Below, piece after piece: positions 48,725 through 58,052 of a stretch of 64,000 bases of DNA. Made by a program: the position numbers and the translations under genes. The notes below the pieces were generated by a model. It worked only from the letters and a program-made list of their open reading frames with translations. It did not search any database and was not told where the DNA came from. Where the stretch lies: sequence record NC_048182.1. The stretch is one strand, 5' to 3'. Position 1 is the first letter of the stretch. Each line of letters opens with the position of its first letter.

Positions 48725-49976
48725 TGACTTGAAAATGGCCGAGATCTCCTTGGCCAAAGTTCAAGATGTTGCAAAGCTCGAAGAAGAAGCTAAAGGGATC
48801 TTATCTAATTACCGAACTTCGGTTCGTGTTAAAGAAGAGGTCTCTTCAGCTCTGGCTTCTATCGAAGCTGCTCCTGATTACAAAATAACCCCGGCAATGG
48901 CTGAGCAAGTTGATAACACTATTAATCATGCTGCTCAGTTAGTTGTTAAAGACGGGGATGTTGCAATCCAGGTTCATGGTACTGAAGCTTTCGGTATCTC
49001 TGTTACTCCAGCGGAATGGCGTAAACTGCGTACAGCAGCCTTACAGGACATTTTGGCTGACAGTTATAAAGATATCAAGCGTTGGGCTAACGCGCTCTCT
49101 GAGAACTTCCAGCGTCGCTGGATTGAGCTTATGACGTCAACTGAAGTTCTTGAGTCTCGCTTAGAGTCCCTGGACGGAACTATTGACATCATTGGTTCGA
49201 TTAAACCAGGTGCTAAGAAAGTTGTTTTGTCTGAAGCGTTATCTCGTGCCATTTCTAAATCCGGTAAAGTCTTTACTAAAGACATCGGTAAAAACATTCA
49301 GGGTGAAATCAACTATATGTTTGGTTGCCTGAAAGTTTGGGAAATGGAACAGATCAAACTGAAGAACTCGATCATCCGTTATTTTGGTAATGCTCGTAAT
49401 ACCGACATCACTGAAATCAATCGTGAGATCCCTCGGATGTTTGATGTGAAAGCACCATCACCTGTTGAGAACCTGGTTGCCCGCCGTACTCGTGAAATGC
49501 TTGACGGTTATGTCTTTGAAGGCATCGAACTGGATCCTAAGTGGGTAGCGAAGTATAAGAAAGAGAATCCCGATGGGAATCACACTGCTTATGCTGAAAT
49601 GCTTTCTCGTACCGGTTATAGTGTTTTGCTTGGTAAAGAAAACAAAATAGGTAAAACAGAAGTCGATGTGATGTCACTTTCTGAGATCTACACTTTACGC
49701 GACATCGTAGAGAAGATCATTGAACGTCTTAAAGCTATGAATGAAGAATTCGATCCGGTTAACTTTAACCCGGATGATGTTAAAGACGTTCTTGCTACTC
49801 TGAAAGAAACAAACACTTCTGAAGATCGAGCTTACCAGTACGGTATTGTCACTGCTGATTATCAATTCGACGTCAATGCATTTAAAACCGGTGTGTCAAA
49901 TATGCTGACTGTTACTGCCAGCCATTTGCTCGCCCTAATTAATATCCATTTGGAGTCATACGACGTTGAACTCTGA
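48705..49976 (+). CDS. Internal head protein (phiKZ internal-protein family)
   Basis: 423 aa; acidic propeptide, HGTE-AF site, amphipathic YKDIKRWANALSENFQRRW. Confidence 0.65.
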   Translation: MTTSVINDLKMAEISLAKVQDVAKLEEEAKGILSNYRTSVRVKEEVSSALASIEAAPDYKITPAMAEQVDNTINHAAQLVVKDGDVAIQVHGTEAFGISVTPAEWRKLRTAALQDILADSYKDIKRWANALSENFQRRWIELMTSTEVLESRLESLDGTIDIIGSIKPGAKKVVLSEALSRAISKSGKVFTKDIGKNIQGEINYMFGCLKVWEMEQIKLKNSIIRYFGNARNTDITEINREIPRMFDVKAPSPVENLVARRTREMLDGYVFEGIELDPKWVAKYKKENPDGNHTAYAEMLSRTGYSVLLGKENKIGKTEVDVMSLSEIYTLRDIVEKIIERLKAMNEEFDPVNFNPDDVKDVLATLKETNTSEDRAYQYGIVTADYQFDVNAFKTGVSNMLTVTASHLLALINIHLESYDVEL

Positions 49977-50925
49977 ACTGCGTGATGCAATTCGGAACCT
50001 GGATTCATCGAATGTCGCCTTTGAGGGATGTGAGTCCTTCATTGGTGACGCTCTTTCGAGTATCGGTTCCTCAATTAAAGCGGGAGCCATGGCAGGTGGA
50101 CAGGCAGCTGTTGATAAAGCAACCAGCAGTCTTAAATCTGTAAACACCGCGCTTATCAAAACCCTAGGTACTCGTCGGATGCTCCTTTCTAACTTGCTGA
50201 GTCGAGTTAATAAAGGTGAGAATAAAGAAGAAATTACTTTCTCTGGTTCTTTACTGAAGAACTATTCCGAAAATGGTAAACCCAATGGGCTGGCAGGTGG
50301 TGTTGCAACCACCACAGAAATGTTCAATGACATTTTGAAGTATTGTAAAGACTTGGAAGCATACTACCATCAAGAGTTAAATCTCATTGGTGATGCTGCA
50401 GGTATAAGCGATACCGAAGAAGCTACAGCTCTACTGAGGCGGTTTGATAATCTCGTTTATCCTACCCCAAAAGGTGCTGACGAACATAACAAAGAAAGTG
50501 TAACTTGGTTGTTACCGGGTGGACGAGCTATTGTTTATCACGTTAATAGCAAGAAGTTTACTTTCGAATCTCGTGACCATGAAAAACAGGTTGGAGAGGT
50601 TACTGAATCTTTTGCTCAGAGTGAATTCAAGGAACTCATTGCTAAGCTTAATGAAATGGTCTCTGTCTATAAAGGGATCTCAGATGCCAATGCTCGCTAC
50701 AGTGACTACCTTAAGAAGTACAATACTGTGGTAGGTAAAGCATCCGAACATCTAAGCTCTTTGCGTGGTGAAGTCTCCGCTTCATTACTCACTGACCTGG
50801 GTAACCGTATTGAAGGCAATACTTTGTTATTCACCTTCTACACGGGGTTCCTGGCGAAGGTGGTGATTTACCTTGACGATTATGTGGAGACATTGTCGTC
50901 TCACCTGAGTAAACAATTTAATTAA
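49966..50925 (+). CDS. Internal head protein paralog
   Basis: 319 aa, TTG start; EGCE-SFIGDALSSIGSSIKAGA motif. Confidence 0.65.
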   Translation: MNSELRDAIRNLDSSNVAFEGCESFIGDALSSIGSSIKAGAMAGGQAAVDKATSSLKSVNTALIKTLGTRRMLLSNLLSRVNKGENKEEITFSGSLLKNYSENGKPNGLAGGVATTTEMFNDILKYCKDLEAYYHQELNLIGDAAGISDTEEATALLRRFDNLVYPTPKGADEHNKESVTWLLPGGRAIVYHVNSKKFTFESRDHEKQVGEVTESFAQSEFKELIAKLNEMVSVYKGISDANARYSDYLKKYNTVVGKASEHLSSLRGEVSASLLTDLGNRIEGNTLLFTFYTGFLAKVVIYLDDYVETLSSHLSKQFN

Positions 50926-50961
50926 ATCGTTTTAAACATCTCTTTTGAATAAGGTATTACT

Positions 50962-52239
50962 ATGTCCTCTTTAGATCTGATTTTCGCAACCATCGCTGGT
51001 CAAGAATCCGCTGAATTCGACCTGGACAAGGTTGAGCAAATTGCCGAAGTATCTGCAGAAGAAGCAGCAGAAGCTGTTGTTGAAGCAGAAATCAAAGAAG
51101 TTGAAGCTGACGTTTCCGAACTGGAAAAAGACGTTGCTGCAACTGAAACCACCGTTGAAGCTCTGGAAGAAAAAGTTGAAGAACTGGAAGAGCATATCGA
51201 CGGTATGGAAAAAATGGCTTCTGGCGAAACTCCGTTCAACAGCCAGATGTTTGCTTACCACTTCCAGAAAGGTTCTAAACTGGCTGCTCGCTTCGGTGCT
51301 CCAGTTGAACACGTTGGTGCTGAAAGCTTCGCTGACGCTTCTACCGCTAACCTGGCTGCCTTCGCTGGCCTGGAAGGTATGAAAGACGTTGTTGTTAAAG
51401 CTGGCGGTGCGATTAAGAAATTCTTCGTACAACTGTATAACCAGTTCATCGCTCTGTTCACTGGTCTGTTCAATCGCCTGAAAGGCATTGAGAAGAAAGC
51501 TGGCGTTCTGAAAACTTCCGTTGCTAACGGTAAAGTGAAAGAAGGTAAAGTACCAATGAGTGGCGCTGCTGCTAACCTGCTGGATGCTAAAGGCTCCGCT
51601 GGTTCTGCAATCCCTGCGATCGTTTCTGCTGTTGGTGATATCGTACAGATCGGTGGTACTAACCCTGCTGCTGGCGTTTCTCGCGTAATCGCTGACCTGG
51701 GCAAAATGGGTAGCAAATCTACTGGTGCTGCTGGTAACGATGTTGTTGCTAATAAAATCAAAGTGGGCGCAACCACTGTTGTTCTGCTTGAAGCCAAATC
51801 TGAAGCTGGTCTGAGCAAAACTTCCTGGACTCAGACTACCGACGCTGGTGCAGCTCTGAAAGAAGTTGACGCACTGGATAAAGGCGCTCTGTCTTCTATC
51901 TGTGATTCCGTTGCTTCCAACGCAGCTAAACTGCAGTCTGCTAAACTGAGCTCTACCGCTCTGACCAAACAGCGTGACGCAGCTATCGCGGCTGCTGAAG
52001 CTAAAGAGAAGAAAGCAGGCGGCGAAGGCGAAGGTAAAGAAGGCGGTTCTATCGCTTCTGTACGTGCCGGTCACAGCGCTGTTCTGAAGATCTCTGAGAA
52101 AGCTGTTAAGTTCGGTGGCGACATCCTGGCCGCACAGCTGCAGTTCGTTCAGGCTCACCTGGGTGGTAAAGCACCTAAAGCTGAAGACGACAAAGGCGCT
52201 GAGAAGAAAGACGAGAAAGACGACGCTAAAGCTGAGTAA
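50962..52239 (+). CDS. Abundant internal head/inner-body protein (phiKZ gp93-97-like family)
   Basis: 425 aa; Glu-rich propeptide with AGQE, DGME, VGAE and AGLE sites, then GGAIKKFFVQLYNQFIALF; extremely optimised codons. Confidence 0.75.
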   Translation: MSSLDLIFATIAGQESAEFDLDKVEQIAEVSAEEAAEAVVEAEIKEVEADVSELEKDVAATETTVEALEEKVEELEEHIDGMEKMASGETPFNSQMFAYHFQKGSKLAARFGAPVEHVGAESFADASTANLAAFAGLEGMKDVVVKAGGAIKKFFVQLYNQFIALFTGLFNRLKGIEKKAGVLKTSVANGKVKEGKVPMSGAAANLLDAKGSAGSAIPAIVSAVGDIVQIGGTNPAAGVSRVIADLGKMGSKSTGAAGNDVVANKIKVGATTVVLLEAKSEAGLSKTSWTQTTDAGAALKEVDALDKGALSSICDSVASNAAKLQSAKLSSTALTKQRDAAIAAAEAKEKKAGGEGEGKEGGSIASVRAGHSAVLKISEKAVKFGGDILAAQLQFVQAHLGGKAPKAEDDKGAEKKDEKDDAKAE

Positions 52240-52257
52240 TCTCTCTGATTAAACTTC

Positions 52258-52305
52258 CATGAGAGTAGGAGCCTTCGGGCTCCTACTCTTTATGTTTGTT
52301 TATTT
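52258..52305 (+). terminator. Intrinsic terminator
   Basis: GAGAGTAGGAGCC-TTCG-GGCTCCTACTCTT, then TATGTTTGTTTATTT. Confidence 0.85.
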
Positions 52306-52336
52306 AGGATGTTATGATCTAACTAGAGGAACCATT

Positions 52337-53374
52337 ATGTCAAAAGTCCTTCCAGATCCTAAGACTCCTAAAGTTTCTGCCGATTACATCTATGGCGAAA
52401 GAATGAAAGAGTACGAGGATCGTCAGAACTTCTTTCTCGATGAGAAAGTAGAAGTTAAGAAAGACGATGTCAAGGAAGAGGACAAAGAAACAGTTGATGG
52501 GCTTGAGGCACTTGTCTCTCGTTTTGTTTCTTATTCTACCGTAAAGATTCCACAACTCCCAGTGGAGTACGATGGAACTGAAGGGTGGGCTAAGAAAGGT
52601 ATTGACTTTATTGTCCAGTTGGCTAAAGACTTAGTCGACTTCATCGTGAACCTTGTTAACAACCGTTTGGGTCGTATTGAGTATCGGTTAAACCGGATGT
52701 CTGTTGCGCGTAAGACTGAAGGACTCAAACTAAAAGAAGTGAAGTACCCATTAACAGTCCGCCGTTTAGTGACTCCTATGAACACGTCCACTAACCCTAA
52801 CTGGATTGCTGGTGCTATCAAAGAAGCTACTGACTGGTATAAGAATATCATTGAAGCTCACAAACTGATTAATGCGATCGTTGATCGTCCTTGGTCTGAA
52901 AGTGATACTCCTGCTTCCGTTGTTACCTCGGTAACTCATCTGCTTGGAATGAAAGGTTCTAACAGCGGTACTCTGCAGAGCGCTGTTCTTCCATCCAACC
53001 GTAGATTCGTGCTGGAGTTCAATGACGATAACGTTAATGGATTCAAAATGTTCTTCCAGAACAATGACGCCATGGCGAAATTGAGATCTGAGACTTGGCT
53101 ACCGTCTTCGTTCATTATGGACAACACGCTCAAATCCATTTCTGGCTCTATTAAAGATATTCGTTCTAACCAAAGCACGGTATCGCAACTGTACCGTAAG
53201 TTTGAAAAGAAAGTAAAAGAACTTGAGAACACTCGTGAAACGATTGAACCTCAACGTAAGTTCTATTCATGGTTGATTGGTTTTGACCGACGGTTACTTT
53301 CCACTAACTTACAGTTTACTATGTCAGCATTAGACGCTGGACTTGACTTTGTTAAATCCGGGGTGAAAGAATGA
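52337..53374 (+). CDS. Internal head protein paralog
   Basis: Start after GAGGA; DGLE and DGTE-GWAKKGIDFIVQLAK motif. Confidence 0.7.
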   Translation: MSKVLPDPKTPKVSADYIYGERMKEYEDRQNFFLDEKVEVKKDDVKEEDKETVDGLEALVSRFVSYSTVKIPQLPVEYDGTEGWAKKGIDFIVQLAKDLVDFIVNLVNNRLGRIEYRLNRMSVARKTEGLKLKEVKYPLTVRRLVTPMNTSTNPNWIAGAIKEATDWYKNIIEAHKLINAIVDRPWSESDTPASVVTSVTHLLGMKGSNSGTLQSAVLPSNRRFVLEFNDDNVNGFKMFFQNNDAMAKLRSETWLPSSFIMDNTLKSISGSIKDIRSNQSTVSQLYRKFEKKVKELENTRETIEPQRKFYSWLIGFDRRLLSTNLQFTMSALDAGLDFVKSGVKE

Positions 53375-53889
53375 CCGTAGACGTATTAAACATCACACTG
53401 GATGACGTCAAACGAGCCGCGGTGGATATGCACAATCAGATTAATAACCGATCTGAGAATATCCCTATGAGTCATATGACTATTACCAAAGCTCCTATTG
53501 AAGATGCCTTATACCTGAACACCGGTTCTCGTGGCGTCGGTGTAATCATGGATAAGATCCTTCTTCAGGACATTTTACCTTCTGTGGTTGATCTTCGTCC
53601 TTTCTTAACACCATCAGTTTCTGTTGGTAAAGAGTTTGGACCTGAAGATGTAGATGTCTTTAACAAACGTTATAATGCTGAAATGCTAGCCGTTGAAAAA
53701 GATATCCTTCAAGCCGCTACTACCTTTGATGTTGATCTTTTAAAGAACTGGGTTCTCTTCTGCAGAGTACTGGGTTTCTTTGAACTTGATGTCGGTGACG
53801 TAACTCTGTTTATGGCGGAGGGTAAGATGTACGTATCTGTTAACCCTACTAACGCCATTTACTCTGGCTATGTCGAGGTCCTGGTATGA
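53371..53889 (+). CDS. Hypothetical virion-cluster protein
   Basis: 172 aa, ATGA overlap. Confidence 0.7.
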   Translation: MTVDVLNITLDDVKRAAVDMHNQINNRSENIPMSHMTITKAPIEDALYLNTGSRGVGVIMDKILLQDILPSVVDLRPFLTPSVSVGKEFGPEDVDVFNKRYNAEMLAVEKDILQAATTFDVDLLKNWVLFCRVLGFFELDVGDVTLFMAEGKMYVSVNPTNAIYSGYVEVLV

Positions 53890-54497
53890 TCTATGAAAAC
53901 AAAGATCGGTACCTGTTGGTTAAGCAGACTTTAGTCATGCTAGAAATGGCTCGCTTAAATGCGGTTGTTTCGATCAACGGTGTCAGTACCGATGTAAGTA
54001 AGCTTGAAGGCACTATCATTAACGCTCTGGCTGATATCGAGAGAAATTTCACACTCCCCCGTGAAATGATTGAAGATTCCCCAATCTATCTTGATTTAAG
54101 TTATGAGGCTGTTCTGGTAAATGGAATGAACGAACCTGTTAAGGTGGGTGATGACCGCCGTCGTCATATTCCTAATACCCCGGATGAAATGCACGATGTT
54201 ATTTTCAAATACCCATCGTTCGAAAACTACGTTGCTAAATACAATGAAAACTTGAAGAACCAAAGTTTCTTTGACAAAAGCCGTAAGTTTGCTGGTGATC
54301 TAATCACCGCCAGTTCTTCAAGCATTCAGACCATCCGTAAATGGGCAGAAGGTCGTGGTGACCAGGAAATGAAACTGGGCCAGATCCTTTTATTGGTAAA
54401 CATGGTGGAAACTATCGAATGGTTATTCGACTTCACCAATGCAACTTCTCGGAGACAGATCCTCAATGTCGACAACGATCCAACAAATGGATGCTGA
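53886..54497 (+). CDS. Hypothetical virion-cluster protein
   Basis: 203 aa, ATGA overlap. Confidence 0.7.
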   Translation: MIYENKDRYLLVKQTLVMLEMARLNAVVSINGVSTDVSKLEGTIINALADIERNFTLPREMIEDSPIYLDLSYEAVLVNGMNEPVKVGDDRRRHIPNTPDEMHDVIFKYPSFENYVAKYNENLKNQSFFDKSRKFAGDLITASSSSIQTIRKWAEGRGDQEMKLGQILLLVNMVETIEWLFDFTNATSRRQILNVDNDPTNGC

Positions 54498-55419
54498 GTT
54501 TGATATGATCGACTGGTTATATGGCGGTTTAGAATCTGTGCTTTGTGACAAGTACAACTTCGCCGCCATGTCCGGTAATGAATCATATTACTGTTATCAC
54601 TTTGACATTTGGAACGGTATGGAAGCCGAAGCCACTTCCAGCTCTTCCACAACCACCACTACCTCTTCTTCAGGTTCTTCTACTGAAAAGACCACATCTA
54701 CTAAATCTTCCAGTACTACTAAACCGAATGCAAGTTCCGGTGGGAAAATGAAGGCTTATGCAGATTCAGTCAAGAAGGTAGCTCAGAACCTTTATAAGAA
54801 CCTTATAGACATGCTTAAGCGTGTACGTGAGTATTTCTTCGGGGAAGGTGAACAAGCTGCTGTAGAGGCTGCTAAGGACGCTACAGAGGCTGTTGAAGGT
54901 TTGAATGCACTGCAAGGTGCAGCACCTGTGCCTGATGATGCAGCTGCTCGTGATCCTAATGTCTTTATGAAAGCCCTTCAAGGCGGGGAAGAATTCCAGG
55001 AGATTCTTAAAGAGTATCCGGATTTGGCTTCTGCTATTGATAAGGTAAGCAAAGCAGCCCAGAACATCGGTAACTCTGATACCGTGGTAAAACTTCGTAC
55101 TAACTACGCTGAACTGGTTAAAAGTGCCAATGCTGGTATTCAGTCTGTTGGTGGAGCTTTGCGTCGTTGTTTATCTGAAGCTGAGAAAAAGACCAACGAA
55201 CTGAAAAACCCTAAAGTTCCTGAAGAGGGCGATACCACTGAAGTTAAAGAAGGTATCAAGCAGGAAAACTCTCAGGTCATTGAACAGGCCAAAGAGAACA
55301 CCAAGAAAGCACGTTTGATTGGTGGGGTTCGTAATAAGCTGGTTGCTGCGTTGAACGCTGTTTCTGCTCAGTCTAAAACAGTCAAAGATAAGCCACCGCA
55401 ATCTAAGTTCAAAGGTTAA
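54487..55419 (+). CDS. Internal head protein paralog with Ser/Thr-rich linker
   Basis: GGLE, SGNE and NGME sites; S/T tract; DSVKKVAQNLYKNLIDMLKRVREYFFG amphipathic motif. Confidence 0.7.
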   Translation: MDAEFDMIDWLYGGLESVLCDKYNFAAMSGNESYYCYHFDIWNGMEAEATSSSSTTTTTSSSGSSTEKTTSTKSSSTTKPNASSGGKMKAYADSVKKVAQNLYKNLIDMLKRVREYFFGEGEQAAVEAAKDATEAVEGLNALQGAAPVPDDAAARDPNVFMKALQGGEEFQEILKEYPDLASAIDKVSKAAQNIGNSDTVVKLRTNYAELVKSANAGIQSVGGALRRCLSEAEKKTNELKNPKVPEEGDTTEVKEGIKQENSQVIEQAKENTKKARLIGGVRNKLVAALNAVSAQSKTVKDKPPQSKFKG

Positions 55420-55420
55420 T

Positions 55421-56359
55421 ATGTATTCATTCAAAGATGAACTACTTAAACAACTTCCCGAAGGTTATAAGTTCACACGTATCTACGCAACGAGTGAAAC
55501 GGAAACTATTGTAGAAGCTTCTGTAAACGCTTCTAACAAGGTTTTCACCCTTCCGAAGATGGATATCTCATCTTTGTTCAAAAAGGTCCCTACGATCGCC
55601 GTAGGGACTGATTGGACATATAACGATCTGTACAAAAAGATCAGTGATATCTATTCCTTAGGTTTGGAACAGGGAATTGACTATTATAACAATGATGCGG
55701 TAAAACCTTCTGTATCGCTCAGATACGAAGAACTACCGTTATCGGTAGACAGTTATGGCTATTATGGGAATATCCCGTGTCACGTCGTTATAGGAACTCT
55801 TATGGGTATCTCTAACGAAGTACAGCGAGATCTCCGTAGTAACATGGCTCCTTACCTGAAAGCGCTCAAACTGCAGTCCTTCCTAATGTCTAAACGTTTT
55901 GGATGTGTCAGTGGTTCTAACTTCATAGGAGACCGATTCAGTGGGTCATTCATTGAAGCTATTAGTGAGCAAGCAAAGCAAGAGCTCGATGAGACGGTTA
56001 GCCATCACCTTAGTAGTGTGCTCCGTAATTCTGTCATTGACTTTTTCTTTAGCGACGGGTTATCTGATATTTGTTCTCTTAAGAACTCTTCTAGTGAGGT
56101 TTTCTTAATCCGTGTTAAAACAACTCCTAATGACATTCCAATAATTTCTAACGAGACTATTGATCTTGAGACTAGTAACTCGAAAGGGTTGTTAGTTGGA
56201 ATGAGATTGAGAATGTCGGAGAATCCGGATGAGGGGAAGGGGGAAATTAATATACAGCAGAGCGATAGCGATATCTCTGTTCTATCTGTTCCTCCAGAGG
56301 AGAGTACTGAAGAAGTTACTCCCGCTCCAGTTAAGAAAACAAGAAAGAAGAAATCATGA
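55421..56359 (+). CDS. Hypothetical protein
   Basis: 312 aa, AT-rich, basic C-terminus KKTRKKKS. Confidence 0.7.
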   Translation: MYSFKDELLKQLPEGYKFTRIYATSETETIVEASVNASNKVFTLPKMDISSLFKKVPTIAVGTDWTYNDLYKKISDIYSLGLEQGIDYYNNDAVKPSVSLRYEELPLSVDSYGYYGNIPCHVVIGTLMGISNEVQRDLRSNMAPYLKALKLQSFLMSKRFGCVSGSNFIGDRFSGSFIEAISEQAKQELDETVSHHLSSVLRNSVIDFFFSDGLSDICSLKNSSSEVFLIRVKTTPNDIPIISNETIDLETSNSKGLLVGMRLRMSENPDEGKGEINIQQSDSDISVLSVPPEESTEEVTPAPVKKTRKKKS

Positions 56360-56381
56360 ACAGTACAGAACTAGTTTAAAC

Positions 56382-56427
56382 AAATCCTCTTACTCCTTTA
56401 ATTAGGGGTAAGGGGTTTGATGTTATG
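56382..56427 (+). terminator. Hairpin terminator followed by ATGTTATG
   Basis: AAATCCTCTTACTCCT-TTAATT-AGGGGTAAGGGGTTT then GATGTTATG. Confidence 0.7.
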
Positions 56428-56450
56428 ATTGTCTTGGAAGAGGAATTACT

Positions 56451-58052
56451 ATGATCAAAGTTAAGATTCCTGCTTATGAGAGTTATCGCAATGGAGTTAG
56501 ACCTGCTGTATTAACTTCATTGAAACAAATGCTTGAATACATGGATATAGGTACGAATCACAAAATCTATTTCAATGGGGAAGCAGAGGTTTCGAAACTC
56601 TTAGGCGGTGAATATGACGACAGGCGTGGAGCTGATACAGGTACGGACTATGGGTTCGATAATAAGATCTTTGTCGAATTAGATCGTGAAGCTGGGGAAT
56701 ACAACGATGACTTGGATGGATTAACCGGAGACGGTACCGTTCCACCAGTTTGGGTGTGTCCAATTACCGGTTCCCGTATTACACCAAAGTTCAATACTAA
56801 AAAGCTTCGTGTCACTGTCAACCACTATTACAAAGATCGAACTACCGCTCAACGTAACTGGAATAATATCCGCGCTAAAACGCTCGGTATTCGTCAGAAC
56901 AGTTTATTTGAGTGTGAGACACACTACCCTCTCATTCACGCTCCTATGGAGTGTTACAAAGAGATCTTTGACCGTTTAGTGAAAGCTAACCAACTCCCAG
57001 CTGATAAAGACTTTATTGACTGGATGTTTGAGAACACAAAAAACAGTTTACCAGCTATTATCAGGAACATCATTGGTAACAACCCAGCATTCGTCTTTAA
57101 ACAGCGTATTGCAGAAGTTGGGATCAATGTGGAAAACCCAAGTAACGCTTACGTTAACAAGGGTGCCTATATCGGTAAGTATGAAGTGAGTTGGTCTTAT
57201 TGGTTCTACTGGTCGGAACATACTGAGTGGATCTTTGAATATCCCATGCAGATCTTCCAACAGCCAATGCCGCTTAAGTTTATTCCTGAAAACTTTACTC
57301 AGAATAAATTTGATTACGCGACTAACCGTTTTTATGAATCTGCTGTTTCTCAACGTGTCTTTGATTATGCGAAGAACCAGGATCCATTCTACCACGTACT
57401 TCCTGACATGGATGACTACCGTCCACCAGTGATAAGTTGGATCAGTAACCAACTTCAGGTGATGGTGGGGATGGATGATGTTGATGATCAAGTGATCTTT
57501 AACATTACCGACATCCAAGGATTCGATTGGAATCCAACCGTTCTTCACTACTTACTCAAGTACCATGACAAAGTCACTACCCGACATAAGAGTCCATTAC
57601 AGATTCACGTGTGGTCTGACGACACCCAGGTGTTAGAAGAACAAGTTGTCTTGGAAGAGAACGGGGATTTGCGGTTAACACGTAAACCGAGAATGGCGAG
57701 TATCTATCGTGTTACTATGGCGTTTGACTATGCACTTCGTCTGTATGATGAAGAAGCTATTACAGACATCACCAGTGACCCAGAGTTCGGTAAATGGATT
57801 ATCGGCATACTCTTCCCACAATACCCCCTCCCCGATGATTTCGGAGAAGGAGGCTTTAATGATTGGTGGGATGTTCATAACGGTGTTGAGGTAGGAGATG
57901 GGGACCCAGTCTATCCATTCCCTAATGGCATGTTGGGTTCATTGATTATCGGTCATCCAACTGAGTCATACGCTAAATATAAATCACTAATGCAACAAGG
58001 TACTATAGATGGCACAGACTATTATCGGCCAAACTCCGGCACCTACTCCTAA
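56451..58052 (+). CDS. Virion structural protein (neck/tail-terminator region)
   Basis: 533 aa, GAGGA RBS; position in the structural operon. Specific role is inference. Confidence 0.55.
   Translation: MIKVKIPAYESYRNGVRPAVLTSLKQMLEYMDIGTNHKIYFNGEAEVSKLLGGEYDDRRGADTGTDYGFDNKIFVELDREAGEYNDDLDGLTGDGTVPPVWVCPITGSRITPKFNTKKLRVTVNHYYKDRTTAQRNWNNIRAKTLGIRQNSLFECETHYPLIHAPMECYKEIFDRLVKANQLPADKDFIDWMFENTKNSLPAIIRNIIGNNPAFVFKQRIAEVGINVENPSNAYVNKGAYIGKYEVSWSYWFYWSEHTEWIFEYPMQIFQQPMPLKFIPENFTQNKFDYATNRFYESAVSQRVFDYAKNQDPFYHVLPDMDDYRPPVISWISNQLQVMVGMDDVDDQVIFNITDIQGFDWNPTVLHYLLKYHDKVTTRHKSPLQIHVWSDDTQVLEEQVVLEENGDLRLTRKPRMASIYRVTMAFDYALRLYDEEAITDITSDPEFGKWIIGILFPQYPLPDDFGEGGFNDWWDVHNGVEVGDGDPVYPFPNGMLGSLIIGHPTESYAKYKSLMQQGTIDGTDYYRPNSGTYS

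Noticed and set aside
50971-52158. 395-aa antisense ORF inside the inner-body gene
   Set aside because: Same codon-bias shadow effect; Phe/Ser-rich nonsense composition
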